From: Amoebophrya sp. A120
Taxonomy: Eukaryota > Protista > Dinoflagellata
Assembly: GCA_905178155.1 (NCBI GenBank)
Contig: CAJINV010000016.1
Coordinates: 1,497,824-1,561,823 of the forward strand
Direction of reading: 5' to 3'
DNA: 64,000 nt
Below are positions 25,429-38,400 of this stretch, piece after piece; the first letter of the stretch is position 1, and the number at the start of each line of letters is the position of its first letter. Made by a program: the position numbers and the translations under genes. The notes below the pieces were generated by a model. That model saw only the letters and a program-made list of their open reading frames with translations, ran no database searches and had not been told where the DNA came from.

Positions 25429-28400
25429 TTTGGATTTTTTGAACGTAGAGACAAACCTTTTTGCTCACTCTAGTTCATCTTGCACACTTCCGAAAACGGT
25501 CTGAGTCAAGGATGCCGCCCGTCCCCGTTGCATGACAGCATCTGCAGCACAGATCATCTTGATGCAATATATCTATATGCGAGTATGTAGATATATTTCA
25601 TCACTCAATGTACATTGTACTAGCTAGCAGAGCTTGTTGAGGCTGTGGCAGCCACTCCCTTGAAAAGAGCCTGAGAGTAAAAGTAATGAGCAACGCCAGC
25701 GCTTACAAGAACTTCATGGAGGCTTAGTAATCGCAGCTCCTGCTAGCTGCTCCGAACTACATTTGAGTTCACTCACTGGACGGCACAACCAAACACGCTC
25801 GACAAGTTGACGCTCAAAGGCGTACGCGGATGAACAAGAAATTTGGTCCGTCTGCGATTACGCGGACGCACGGTCGAACAGGAAGAAACGCATGGAAGGC
25901 GAAGCAAGGGCGGGGAACAGCCGTTGGCGCACTCAACTCCCCACAAAATCCTCCGAAGAAGAACGCGCGCAAAATGTCAATCACGCCAAACCGTCAACAG
26001 ATAACAGAGCGACGCGCTACTGCCGGACGAGAGATATCTTGCCGACTGATCTTCCCTGTCATGGTCAACATCCGCAGCGCCAGCGAAAAACCCGCCGCGC
26101 GAACCAACTGACCCTCATTCCGCCGAGCCGGAAAAACAAAACAGACACAGCCCAATAATCATTTAAGCGGGGCAGCTGCCGCTATGGGTCGGTGAACGGC
26201 GCAAGGCCGGGGGCGAATGGCTGGGCGCAAAGGCTGGGCGGGCCGCGCCGCCAAGCGCCCCCACGCACCTCCACCAAACGCCGCGGCAACACCGGCGGCA
26301 GGAACGGGGCCAACGGGAGGAGGCGCGCGGCCAGCAGGGAGGCTGGGAGACACGCGGCCAGAAGGCAGCGCCAAAGCAAGGAAGCCGCCCCACGAATTGG
26401 CCTGGCCACGGGGGCCCCGGCGGGTTGCGGGGTCCAGGAAGACACACAAAACCGGCGGCATTCTGCTGCGTCTCTTCGCCGGCCGGCCCCAGGAGTTCGT
26501 CTCGACAAGAAATCTGCACTGGGGCCGTCGGTCTCGCTTTTCATTGGGGCCGTCGGTCTCGCTGCCGCCGCGCGAGCGGGTTGATGTGCGTCGTCAGTCC
26601 GTCGCGCTCGCGTTGCGCCGAAGGCCTCGCTCGACCCTCCACATCTGGACGCGCGCCCCGCGAAGTCCACAGGCTACACAGGGCAAGCACTGCTAGCAAG
26701 CCGCCCCGCGTCGCAACCTCGACGTGATTCTTCGTTGTCGCCATCTACTTTGGCATTTGTTAAGTCTTCCACTTCGCTCTGAAAACACAAAAGCGGCAAG
26801 AAGAACGCACGCTGCTCATTGACATATTTATAGAAAGAACGAAAACATATTCTCCGCCTCTCCACCTCATGATGCCTTCACTTTCCTTTCGTTATCGTCG
26901 TCACCACACGCTCGACGCTGTCGCGCTTGTCCCTCACTGAAGATGCGTGGTGGGGCGCTTAAGCGTTAACGCATTACTATTACACTCGTTCCCTCTTTTT
27001 GCTACACATGTTACTTAGCTTCATCGCAGTAAAGCGTCTCGCCCCACTTTCATGGGAGCCAACATCTACAAAACCCAAAACACCAAAGCAATGCGCTAAC
27101 AGTATACAGGACCCATTTTTCTTTTTCATGGTTGCCACACATCAAAATATCAACTTTCATCATCTCGTCTGCAGGTGGCCGAGCTTCTGAAATGTTGTTC
27201 GCAACACCAGCAACGCGCCAGAGCATTATGTCTATGGCTATCAACCTCATCAAAATCAGCCTCGCTCCCGGCGGGACGCCTCCTGTTGCGCGCCGAGGCC
27301 CCGCGCTCTCGTGGGTGTATCGGAAGTGCCGGGCGGGCCCCCAGCAGGCAGGCCACCCCACGCCCACTTGATAGATTCCACCCGGGGCGCGGGCGCGTCC
27401 CGCGGGGAAGGCACCACGCGGGAGGCGCGGGCGCAGGCTGGCGCCCGGCAGGCCCGCAAGCGGCGCCAAGCCTGCTCCGTCCCTTGGCATGCCGGGCCAA
27501 TGCCTCAGGGGCCCGCTCAACGCCCGGGAGATTTTCGCGATCCTCTGGGAACTCAGCGCCATGCTTTGCGAGACCGAAGGACATTCCTTCTTGCACGACT
27601 GTGACAAAGTGACTTTTTGGCACAGGGGCCACAAAGCTGGCCAAGCCAGAGACCCCGCGGCGGCCCCGCGGTGAGACAGAAACTAACGGCGCAGGCGGCC
27701 GGCCCACGCACGGAAGACAGGCCGGGCGTTCTCGCCTGGCGCTGTCATCACCGAGAGCTCGCGCCGTGCGGGCGCGGGGCTGCAGGAAAAGACGGCCGCG
27801 CCGCCGCCACCCATGCAGCTGGCGCGCGAGGCTTGTCGGGCTTTGATCTTGCATACCTGGCGCGGCCAACCTCGCAGCCGCCGCCGCCCCCACTTCCTCT
27901 ACCTTTTTAATAAGGTCAAAGCGAGCGCCGGCGTTTCAGCGGGGCAACAAGAGAGGGCAATCTACACCAAAGGCCGCCGCGGGTTAGTAGCGTGGGGCTC
28001 CCATTGCCAAAATCCTGCGGGGCGCTGCCAAAAACACACTGTCGCATAAACCATGCGACGAGGAGGCCACTTTCCCACCTGAAGCCAATGCGGCCACGCC
28101 TCGCTCTATTTTCGGCCCGCCTTCATCTTTTGCGCCATCTGTTACGTCTTCCATTTCGCTCTGATTCTGAAAACAGGAACGGCAGAAGCAACAACTATTA
28201 CGCGCCTCGCCATGGAAATGAGTCCTCTCGATCTGAATCTGATGCTTTCCTGTACCCGCTGACTTGACTTCAACTTCGGCATCACTCGCTCGATTTACGG
28301 TGTGCACTTACACACTCAATGACAAATGCGGCACGCTCGTCGTCCTCTCTTGCAGCTAAACCTGATCGCTGCTTCTTAGCTCTTCCAAGGAGCCGCGTCC

Positions 28401-29465
28401 TTCCGTCAATTATCCGAACCCAGCACACCTCCAAAACCCATGAGCCCGGGGCGGTGCGGCAAAGCTGTGTAGTAACAGCATTTAAGTAGTGCTCACGTAC
28501 CTATCACAACAACTTTGTCAATACTTATCTTATATTGTACAGTTTAGCTTTACTCTTTTTACTTATTCTTTATTCATCTTGTTGTTGTTCAGTGCTTCCA
28601 ACAATAATACGTGGCGCTACAGTGGTCTTCTGGTTTCAACTTCTTTTTACTTCGCGCACAGAAACATTTTTGCAAGAAGTTCGCGTCACGTGGTGCCGCG
28701 AACTGCTTCATCTTGCAATTGGCAGCTGTCGCTGGCCATTCATAACAAGCTGCACGAACATAGACGGAATAACGTCCACAAAAATCATTTGAGCTGGTTT
28801 TAGGGAAACAACTACAGAGAAACAAAAGCTCAATCACCTCCATGAGGTGGCTTTGCGTCTACAGAATAAGAAAGCCGAAGCGTAGGTAGTAGTAGATTCT
28901 TCGAATGTGGAACTTTTCGTTTTTAGTGTAAGTTTTTTGCTGCGCGTAGCAACTTGAATCTGTTGTAGCATCAGATTGAGCTACTGCTATTATCATTGTA
29001 CAGTGTGTTTGTTGCATCTGTTTGTATAATCGGTAAAATGCTGTCATTGTTGAGGAAGACGAAGATTTATTGAGGTACTAGAATTACTTTTGGTACAGTT
29101 AGGTGGGAATATTTCTCATTTTTTCTAGGGTAGACTTTTTCTGTTAAACTGTGAAACAAAAGCGATCAAAACTTCATTTGTACAAAACTTAATTCCGGTC
29201 GTGCACGTGCTCGTGCTACAACTGCTGTCGCATCAAACTGCATTGAACATAGATACAGGTACTTAGATACTGAATCCGCAACTATACTTCTACTTTCATT
29301 TTATTCGATTTTGTCGTCGTTAGCAAGAAACATGAGAACCTTTTGGAAATTCCTCGTAGGAATTTTTGTTGTTAGCAAGAAACTTCAAAATCTCAAGAAC
29401 GCACTTCTTCAAGACTCAAATTGAGTTTGTCATGTAATCCTTCTGCTCCCCCTCTAATAACTTCT

Positions 29466-32400
29466 TCACCGGAACAACCTTCCGAAGAACCCCTTCTGTT
29501 GCTCCCCGCCAGCAGTGCCACCAATCACCTTTTTCTTCCACTCCTCCCCGGTCAAAGCCCCGCCGCTAAAGGTTTCCGCGATCAGATTTGATTTTCTCTC
29601 GTGAAACCCGGGCGCTTCCTCCATCTTCTCCCAGGGCTGCAGTTTGTCCAAAATCACCCGGACCTCGTTCAAAGCCTCCGCCGATTCGGTGAAATCGAAA
29701 AAGCCTCTGTGGTAGTGAAACAACCCGCCGTGGATTTCTAGCTTCTTCAAATCGTTGACATCCTTCACGTCCGCCAACGCCATGACGTAAACGGGCGGAA
29801 GTGGTGCGGGTTGTTGTGCGTGTTGGCGTGGGCCTGGGGGTGGCGGAGGGAGGTTTTGCGGGGGGAAGTTGTTTATTCCTGGTGGTGGGGGCGGCATCAT
29901 GCCGGGTTGTGATGGTGCGAAGCCTGGTGGCGCTTGTCCTGGCGGCATCGTTCCAAAAGGAACTGCTTGTTCCTGCACAAAACTGTTCCCCTGCTGGTGC
30001 AAAATTACAATGCCCCCGCGGGTCTGCTCTATTCTGGACGCCTGTGCGAAGAGTTGCTGTTCATTGGAAGAAGTGGCAGCTTCCGGATTTTGTGATGAGT
30101 GTGATGAAAATTCTCCTGAGTATACCGCTGCTGATGGCTCCTGCACGAAGGATGACGCGCCGGCAGCAGCATTTTCATCCACCTTCCGCTTACCGTTTTC
30201 TTTCAAAACCTTGGACATTACTCTACCCGCAAAACTCGCTCCGCCGTCACTGGATGCACTACTAGAATCCAAGTTTTGGTCAAGGGGATCGCCGTCTGCT
30301 TTCGAAGAGTGTGATTCGCCGTCTTCAGTTAATGTGAAGAAAGCGTTATTTTCCTGATCGCTGTTGTTCTGCTCCTCTTCTAGATCTTCGACGAGCACTT
30401 TTCGCTTTTCACCAGCATCAACTACATCAGCTGCGTCTCCACCGGCTTCTACTATCAAGGTCGATTTTTGTGTCGCTTCTCTTCTAATCCCTTCTACCTC
30501 CGCTAAGAACGACGCTGAACTGGAATACTGCTGCGGTTGCTGCTGCTGCGGTGCCACCATTTGCTGCGGAGCTACCGCAACACCTGCCTGCGCTCCCGGG
30601 AGTTGTTGTCCCCCAAAAGCAGATGTCGCCACCTGCGACGGCCCGGCGAACTGCGTCGCTTGGTATTGCTGTTGCTGTTGCGCAGCGGCGATGGCTTGTT
30701 GCTGTTCCTGCTCTCTCGTAAATTTCCCAACTTCCTCGTCATCTGCGTCCTCCTGCGCCTCGCCGGTCGTTCTCTTAACCCCCGCTCGCTTTTTCGGCCG
30801 GGGAAGAAACCGGTATTCGTTGTTCGCCGGGTAGAATCCCTGCGCCTCGTTTTCCGCGTCGGCGACGGAGTTGATGTTGATCGCGAAATCATCATCGTCC
30901 TGACCCTCCAGCGTGTCCACACTGGCTTTCGGGCGGACGTCGATCTTCGGCCCGCCCCCCGGCTTCCCGGAGGGGAAGCCCGGATCAAATGTGGTCGCCA
31001 GAGGTCGGTCCACCGTGACTTTCGTGTTGTAGCCCTGGGACTTCAAAATGTCCTCCGGGGTCATTGCCTGACCGGAGGGGGACGCGAGAACCTGCTTCTT
31101 GATCAACAGGTGCGACTGTCCCAACGCGACCCGCATCGCGAACCGATCTTCCTCCGTCCGGATTGTCGAGTGGTACTCCGTCGGCTATCCACTGTAAATT
31201 TCTCGTACACGTACGCCTACGCACCATATGCTGTTTCTGCATGACAAAACACACCTTCAATCCTAGTCAGCATGACAAGTGGGACCATGTTTGTCATGCA
31301 TTTTGTACGTATACGTGAAATTTGTGTTGCATATCGGCATGTAGTTCAGCATTTGGGAGTACTTCTCTTGCGCGATCAGCCGCATCCAGCCGCCCGCCCT
31401 CCGCACGCCCGCCTCGGTCAGATCCAAACCCGTCATCTCCGCCAAATGCTGCGTGTTCAAATCCGCCACCGTGTTCAAAACGTCGACGACAGTTCGGACG
31501 GGTGGTGGCATGGGAGGTGGAACTTGGTTTGTTCCGAACGGGCCCGGTGGGAGGTTAGAAGGGAAAGGTGGGCCACGCGGAGGACCTGTTCCTGGTGGAG
31601 GCATCATATTCCCTGGTGGAGGCATCATACCCGGTGGAGGCATCATACCCGGTGGCCCCATCATCCTGGGTGGTGGCGGCGGCGGACTCCCCGGCATCCG
31701 CAGCATCGGCATCCCGGGCGGCGGACCCGCAACGGGAGGTGCACTGACGCCTCGACCCTGACCGAATCCTCCTTCGACAAAAGACGCTGCTGCTGCCGCA
31801 GCGGAAGTAGATGTAGAATTTCCACTTGTCGTGGGACCGCCTAACTGCTCCGACTTGTTCTCGTCGCCGGCACCCCCACACCCAATACTCCCAAGCAATT
31901 TCCCGTCGCCACAGGATCCACCCGTTGAGTTCTTGGCTTTCGCATCTGCAGCTTCTTGGTCGCTCGACGCCTCCTGCTGCTCTGGTTTATTGTCTACAGC
32001 ATTTTTTGGTGTATTCGCAGCCGGGTTCTCGCCCTTCGCGATTTGCACTGCATCTTGTACCAGCTTCTCCCTCATTTCCGAAGACAGATTGGAAATCGTG
32101 TAGATCGGAGTTGGGGGTACTGCAAGTTGTTGCGTTCCGTCCGGTCCAAGTACCGCCTCCTCCACCTTCATGTGGCTTTGGTGGATCCCGGGCAGAGAGG
32201 AAGAAAACGGCGCAACGGCGTCGAAATCCTGAACACTGCTTCTTGCTGTCCTGCTTGCCTGCCTTAGCGAGTGGACCGCTTTCTCCTCGAGGGGAGGTTG
32301 TGCTGCGTCGTCGTTTTTTGCATCATCTGTAGCGACGGCGGGATGTTGCGCCGCCGTAGTTCCTCCACCTCGGCTGCAATCGCGGTCGTACTCGTCCCTC

Positions 32401-35400
32401 AAATGCTCCCTTACGTGGTCGTTCGCGCGCGCTGCCTGCAACAGGAGTCTTCTACAGCCCTCAGCGGTAGCGATTGTGCGTCTGTCGTCAGAGCTGCTGG
32501 TCGTCGTGAACCGTTTATGTTCGAGGAAAGAAGACTGCTGCGGTAGCGGTTCCACTTCTGCCACCTTTGTGCCATTAGCTCCACCTCCGCCTACGGCCGC
32601 GGTGTTTTTCGTTTGCGCACTGTTGTAGTTTCGCAACGCGAGCAAGTCCTGGTCCCCCAGCATGGACAGGAATTCCTCATCCAGCTTGCGTCGCGCTTGG
32701 AAGAGGGTCAACACCCCCCGCGTTTTCAGCATCGCGTCGGCTTTTTTCCGATAGTTATGAAATGCAAAAATGTCTGGGTCTGGAATTTGTGATGCAAGAA
32801 ACAGAAAGAGATATATAATGAGCACATTGTAATGCGCTGCCCAGCATGACAAGTTTTTCCGTGGTTCTGGGTTGCGTACTCCGCATGAGAACCTGCGTTT
32901 TTGCACAACAGGCAAGAGGGGCCCTTCCCGGCCGCGCAATACAGAGTTTAGAGTCATGCCAAATTAGCGTGACAAATCTCGCAACTTCCCAGACCCAGAC
33001 ATTTTTACATTTGATAATAGTCCCGCTTATTCAATTCTTCGCGGACCGTGGCCAAAGCGTCCTGTCTGATCTGATCACCGTTCGGCTGCATTTGGTTCGG
33101 ATTTGACATCATTCCGTTTGGAAGGGTCCGGCCATCTTCGTAATTATTGTTCCCTCCCCCGCAGCAGGAAGAACTGCTACTGCCGCGCGTCTGAGCACGC
33201 TGTGGCGGAAATAAAGTACCACGGCCGGCGTTCCCCATCCCGACCGCGGGGCCGAGTGGACCGCCTGGCGGTGAAGACGAGCTTCCCGGCGGAGGCGGAA
33301 CAGCACCAGGAGGACCTTGTTGTTGATTCGAAACCGGGACGAAAGCTACAGTTCGCCGGAGCTCCAAATCTTCCGCGTTTTCTACGAACCGATTCAGCGT
33401 TTTGCGGAATAACGGTTCCACCAAGTACTGCCCGCTCATCCGGAACCCGGTTTCCACCGAATTCCCCTCCAAGTACTGGTCATGCACCGCCGCGGTGGAC
33501 AAAATCGCTTGCTGCGGTGCGGTGGCTCCGCCGCCGTTGTAGTCGTAATCCTGATTCATCGCGAGTAACCGATTCGGGTTCAAATCCAGACTACCGTCAG
33601 CCGCTTTCGCCCGGAGCCACTTGGGGGGCGCGGTCGCGCCCTGCATGTGCAGCTTGCCCTTTTGAAACGTGGGGAAAAACCTCGCGCGATAGAAATACTT
33701 CTTCGCGGGGAGAAGGGTTGCGCGGGGAGGGGTTTGGGGTGGTGGGGGAGCAGAGCCCGGTGGCATTTGTGGTCCCGCCGTTGGTGGCATCGGCATTTGT
33801 CCCGGTGGTGGAGGCGGCATCATCCCGCCCATTCCAGGTACTCCTGCGGGAGGTGAACCACCAGTCATTCCGTCCTCCTCGATAAATTTGGTCGGAGAGT
33901 AGTCAAACACTAAACTCCCCGTCCAGTAGATCCCCAGCCGCTTCCGCCAATTCCCGTACCGCACCGCGTGCAATTTCGCTAAGTGTTCAAACGTCCGGAT
34001 CAAGCAACTGAGGCTGTACCGGTCTACCCACCCTAGAGTTTTATGCAATGCAAAAGCATCGCACTCGTATAAATGCATCACAAATTTCCTCAGCATGAGA
34101 AATAAAATTTGTAATGCGGATTTAGCTTAAGAACAAGATTTGTAATGCATGATTGCAATACGAGTACGATACTTTTGCACAGGATAAGTTTTCGACGCGT
34201 GCAACAGCGGCACGACGATTGTGACCGAGTAGTCCGGCTTCCGGTCCCAGTTCGCGAGCAATTCCCCGACAATCTTCGCCAAAACGTCATTGGACGCCGC
34301 GTGCGCCTTGTCCGGCCGTTCCAGCTCCGCGTCGAAGTGGGTCGTTTTTCCGAATAATTTGTCCACGTGGTGGCGCCACCAGTCATACCTGGCGGTAAAT
34401 TGCCGACACACCTCGTCGCTGTCTCGCGTCGGGGCCAGCATGCCCTCCATCATGTTTTTTTCGAACTGCCCGTTGTAGGGCAGAGACTCCTGCCACAACT
34501 CCTCCACCGTTTCCCTCCGGTAGGGCGCGGAGGAGAGAAACTCCTGCTCGATGTACAGAAACCGGGTGGAATGCGGCAGCGTCCAGTTCGCAAGACGCAG
34601 GGAATTCTGGGCGATGTGCAGGGGCATTTTCGGTGGGGAAAAGGTGGTCAACTGATTCGGCTCCTGCTGCAAAGGAGCACCAGAAGCTGCTGGTGCACCT
34701 GGCGGCAGCATGTCGTTTGTCATTTGCTGTGGTACGAAGCCAAGGGAGGTCGCCGGATCGTATTGTGCTACCGGAAGGACATTGCTGTTTGAGTTTGGCA
34801 CGAACTGCTGCTGCTGGCCTCTTTTCCTTTGCAGAAACGATTTTTTTTTCTCAGTCTGATGTTCCGATGGTTGTGTTTGTGATTGCTGAGCAGGGTGATG
34901 ATGATGATGATGATGATGATCTGCATGTTGGTCATAAAGACCTTCATGATGATGACCGAATTGACCATCATGCTCCTCCACGCTGTCGCCCTCAGATTCC
35001 ACGTCTGATGAAGTAGGTGCGCTTTGAAGATGATCTCTTTCCCACTGCCCCTCCTCGGATGATGAAGTCGCCGAGTAATGATCCTCGTCGTTAAAAGGCC
35101 GGATATCCGGCTGCAAGGGGCGCGCCCAATGCGGCACATCATCAATCGGAAGAGCAACATTGCCATGCTCATCTGTGTGGAGAGGTGGGAAAGGCGGCAA
35201 AGGCAGAGCGGGATCACCACGGTGATGATCGTGGTGTCCTGCGTCGTGGTGCGCGTAATCCCGGCTCTCGTCCGAGGACGGCAGAGGGAAGTCTTCACTG
35301 TCATCCAGTTCCAGCCTGTCGGAAGAACTCTGGTCGTACAACATCCAGGGACTATCGTAGTCATGGTTCGACGAACCTTCACGCTTCTCGTCCTCCGGCG

Positions 35401-38400
35401 TGGTTGGCAACATCGCGATTCCTCCCTGGGGGATTTGCATTTGGTGGTCCTGCGACAGCTGCATTCCGTGATTGTCACGGCTTGCTTGTTCCTGCGATGC
35501 CTGTAGCATTTGGCCTTCAGCTCCTTGGAGGAAAGAAGATGAACCACCAGTCGCAGTTGCATCAGTAGTGGTCTGCTCAGTAGGAGCTTGTTGCTGGTGT
35601 TCTTCTTGCTGCCCCGACGACGGCTTTGAAGTTGATGTGCTGCTTGTGGACGACGTCGACGAGGACGTCGCCGCGGAGGAGGTTGCTGTCGTCGTGGTGG
35701 TACTCGGTGTCGTCGTGGTACTCGGTGTCGTCGTGGTCCTCGGCGTCGTGGTGTCGGAAATCGTGGTGGTAGAGTGCCCGGTCGTTGGGGAAGTCGTACT
35801 AGAACTGCTGCTCGTACTTGGACTCGAACTGCTGGTGCTCGTCGATGGAGTGGATGTTGTAGTAGACGATGACGTCGTAGTAGAAGTAGAAGAAGTTGTA
35901 CTACTAGCAGGAGCTTCAGAAGTTGTTGTCGAAGAAGAAGAACTTGAGGTTGACGACGTCGTGGAGGTTTCAGGCAATGTAGTTGTGGACGACGACGAGG
36001 AGGTCGTCGTACCATCAGCACGACCATGTAGTTCTTCATGATGATCCTCCTGCAAAGACAATTCCTCCGGAATCTTTTCTTTATGCCGTTTCTGCATCCG
36101 CATCGCGTCTCGCGAACTGCCTGCGTTTGCCCGAGTCGACCAGGCAGTAGAATCATGGTGCGTCCTCGAGAGCGCATCCGCATCAATCGGCTCCTGGTAC
36201 ACAATGTCGCCGTCTTTTTGCGGTTCGAACGGAGGAAGCTGTTGCTGATGCTGTTCTACTCGCTGTTGTGGATGTGACCGTGGGGGAAGCGCTTCGGGAT
36301 GTTGGAACTGATTTTTGTTCTGCGCAGGCTGCTCGTGGTCCACTGCCGCAGGAGCCGCGCGTCGGGGCCTTTTGCCGTACAATTTGTTGTACATCATTTC
36401 CTGGCGGGGTCCGTAGTACCTGGATGGACGAGGTCGCGGTCGCGGCCTGCGCGGTCCGTACGTGCCCGTCGACGGGTAACCACTGGACGGAGGTCCGCGA
36501 GGTCCGCGTCGCGAACCGTAGGTAAACGGATGGCTCTTGGCCCCGTCAAGCGGTGGTAGAGCCTCTGGCGCGGTCCCACTGGACGGAGGTCCGCGTCGCG
36601 GACCGTAGGTAAACGGATGATTCTTGGCCCCGTCAAGCGGTGGCAGAGCCTCTGGCGCCGGCGTCCGGGGTCCATACAGTGTGTGCTGCGGGCCATGGGC
36701 CGCTGCAGCAAACTGTTCCTCGTAATTGTGGAGTCCTTGATTCGCGCCGTCCAGTTGTATCTCTGGAGGAGCTACACGAAGTTGTTGTTCACCAGTGTGG
36801 GCATCAGTATACGGAAGTTGTTCATGTTGATGTCCAGCGTCATGATGATCTAGCGGCCGTGGCGCTTGCACATGGAGATGATCGTGGTAGAAATTATCCG
36901 AAGGTCGAACTTGAAACCCTCCTTCCACATCCCCTTGCTCACCCCCTGCTTCGAGAAACGCCGACTGCATGCGTATTTGCGGCTGCGGCTGTCCCTGGTA
37001 GTACGCTGGATAAGGCGCACCACTACCCTGTTGCAGACCCAGACCTCCCGGAGCACCAAAGTTCCCCGGCTGATGCGCGCCCCGGCCGTTCACGATCGGC
37101 ACGGCGTTAGTATTCCGTGAAAATTAACCATCCCCATCCACTTTCTGCTTGACAAACGCAGATTTTACTACATGTTTTGCAAGACAAATTGGATGGGGAT
37201 GGTTAATTTTCAAGGAATAGTTCGGCTGTCGCTCAAACAAGGGCGATCCCGGCCTCCCTGACGGGAAGAACTCCTTGCTGGACGGCATGCCCGGTCGGGA
37301 TCCTGGCACCGCAACCTGCCCATCCCCCGGGGCGCCCGCGAGCCCGAACCCGCCGAAATTTTCGTACTGGACTTTCGGTCGTTCCTCGTTTGGAATCGCG
37401 AGCAATTTGTACTCCTCCGCGAAATCGACAAACTCGTCGTTGTTCGCCGTTTCTTGCGCTTTGTCCGACACGATCAGCTGGGGCACGTTCGGCCGGGGGT
37501 AAAACCGCGATTCGTCGGTTCTCCCGTCGTCCGCGAGTAACCGCTCGTACTCCGACTTCAAGTGCTGCACCTCCCTCGTCACGTACTCACTCGGCCCGTA
37601 TCAAATGCAAAAATGTCTGGGTCTGGAAGCTTGTGATGCTGGGTGGCGTATCATGAGGCGGCCACAAGTGCTGGCTCAGCATGACAAATGTGTGAGCTTC
37701 TAGGTGTTGCCTATTCATTCTGCATGACAAACCGCTTTTCTGCATGACAGAAAAGTGGGGCTCTTGGAAAACGCGCATGACAGACTTTGGGGTCATGCTG
37801 GTAGAGCATGACAGACCTTCCATTCTTCCAGACCCAGACATTTTTACAGTCCATAGCCCGTCCGCACAACCTAACGGCAGTCGTGCGTTGTCCCGCAACT
37901 GCTTCTTCAGCCGCAAACAGTTCCCGATCCACTGATCTTGGTATCAAGTGCAAAAGTGTCTGGGTCTGGAAGAATTCACGTTTGTCATGCTTGTCTGGCG
38001 TGAGTCTTAAATCTGTCATGCGCGTTACCCTAGAGCTCCGCTTTTCTGTGATGCAGAAGCGCAGTTTGTCATGCAGAATAGGCAACACCTAGGAGCTCAG
38101 AAACTTGTCATGCTGAGCCAGCATTTGTAGCCTCATCATGAGACGCCAGCAAGGATCACAAGTTTCCAGATCCAGACATTGTTACATTTGATACTTGGAA
38201 CCGCAGCGCCATTTTCAGGATGATCTTCGTGTAGTCGGGGAGCTCATACCGGTCGATATCGCCCCCTAATCGGACATCGATATAGTACTCGTGGGTGCTC
38301 TGCGCGATTTGGTTCTTCGCGGGGTCGAATTCGGCGGAATTCTGGTGGTAAAACGGAATCATCTCGTGGTCCGCCGTGTCGAACGACCCGTCGCCGATTA

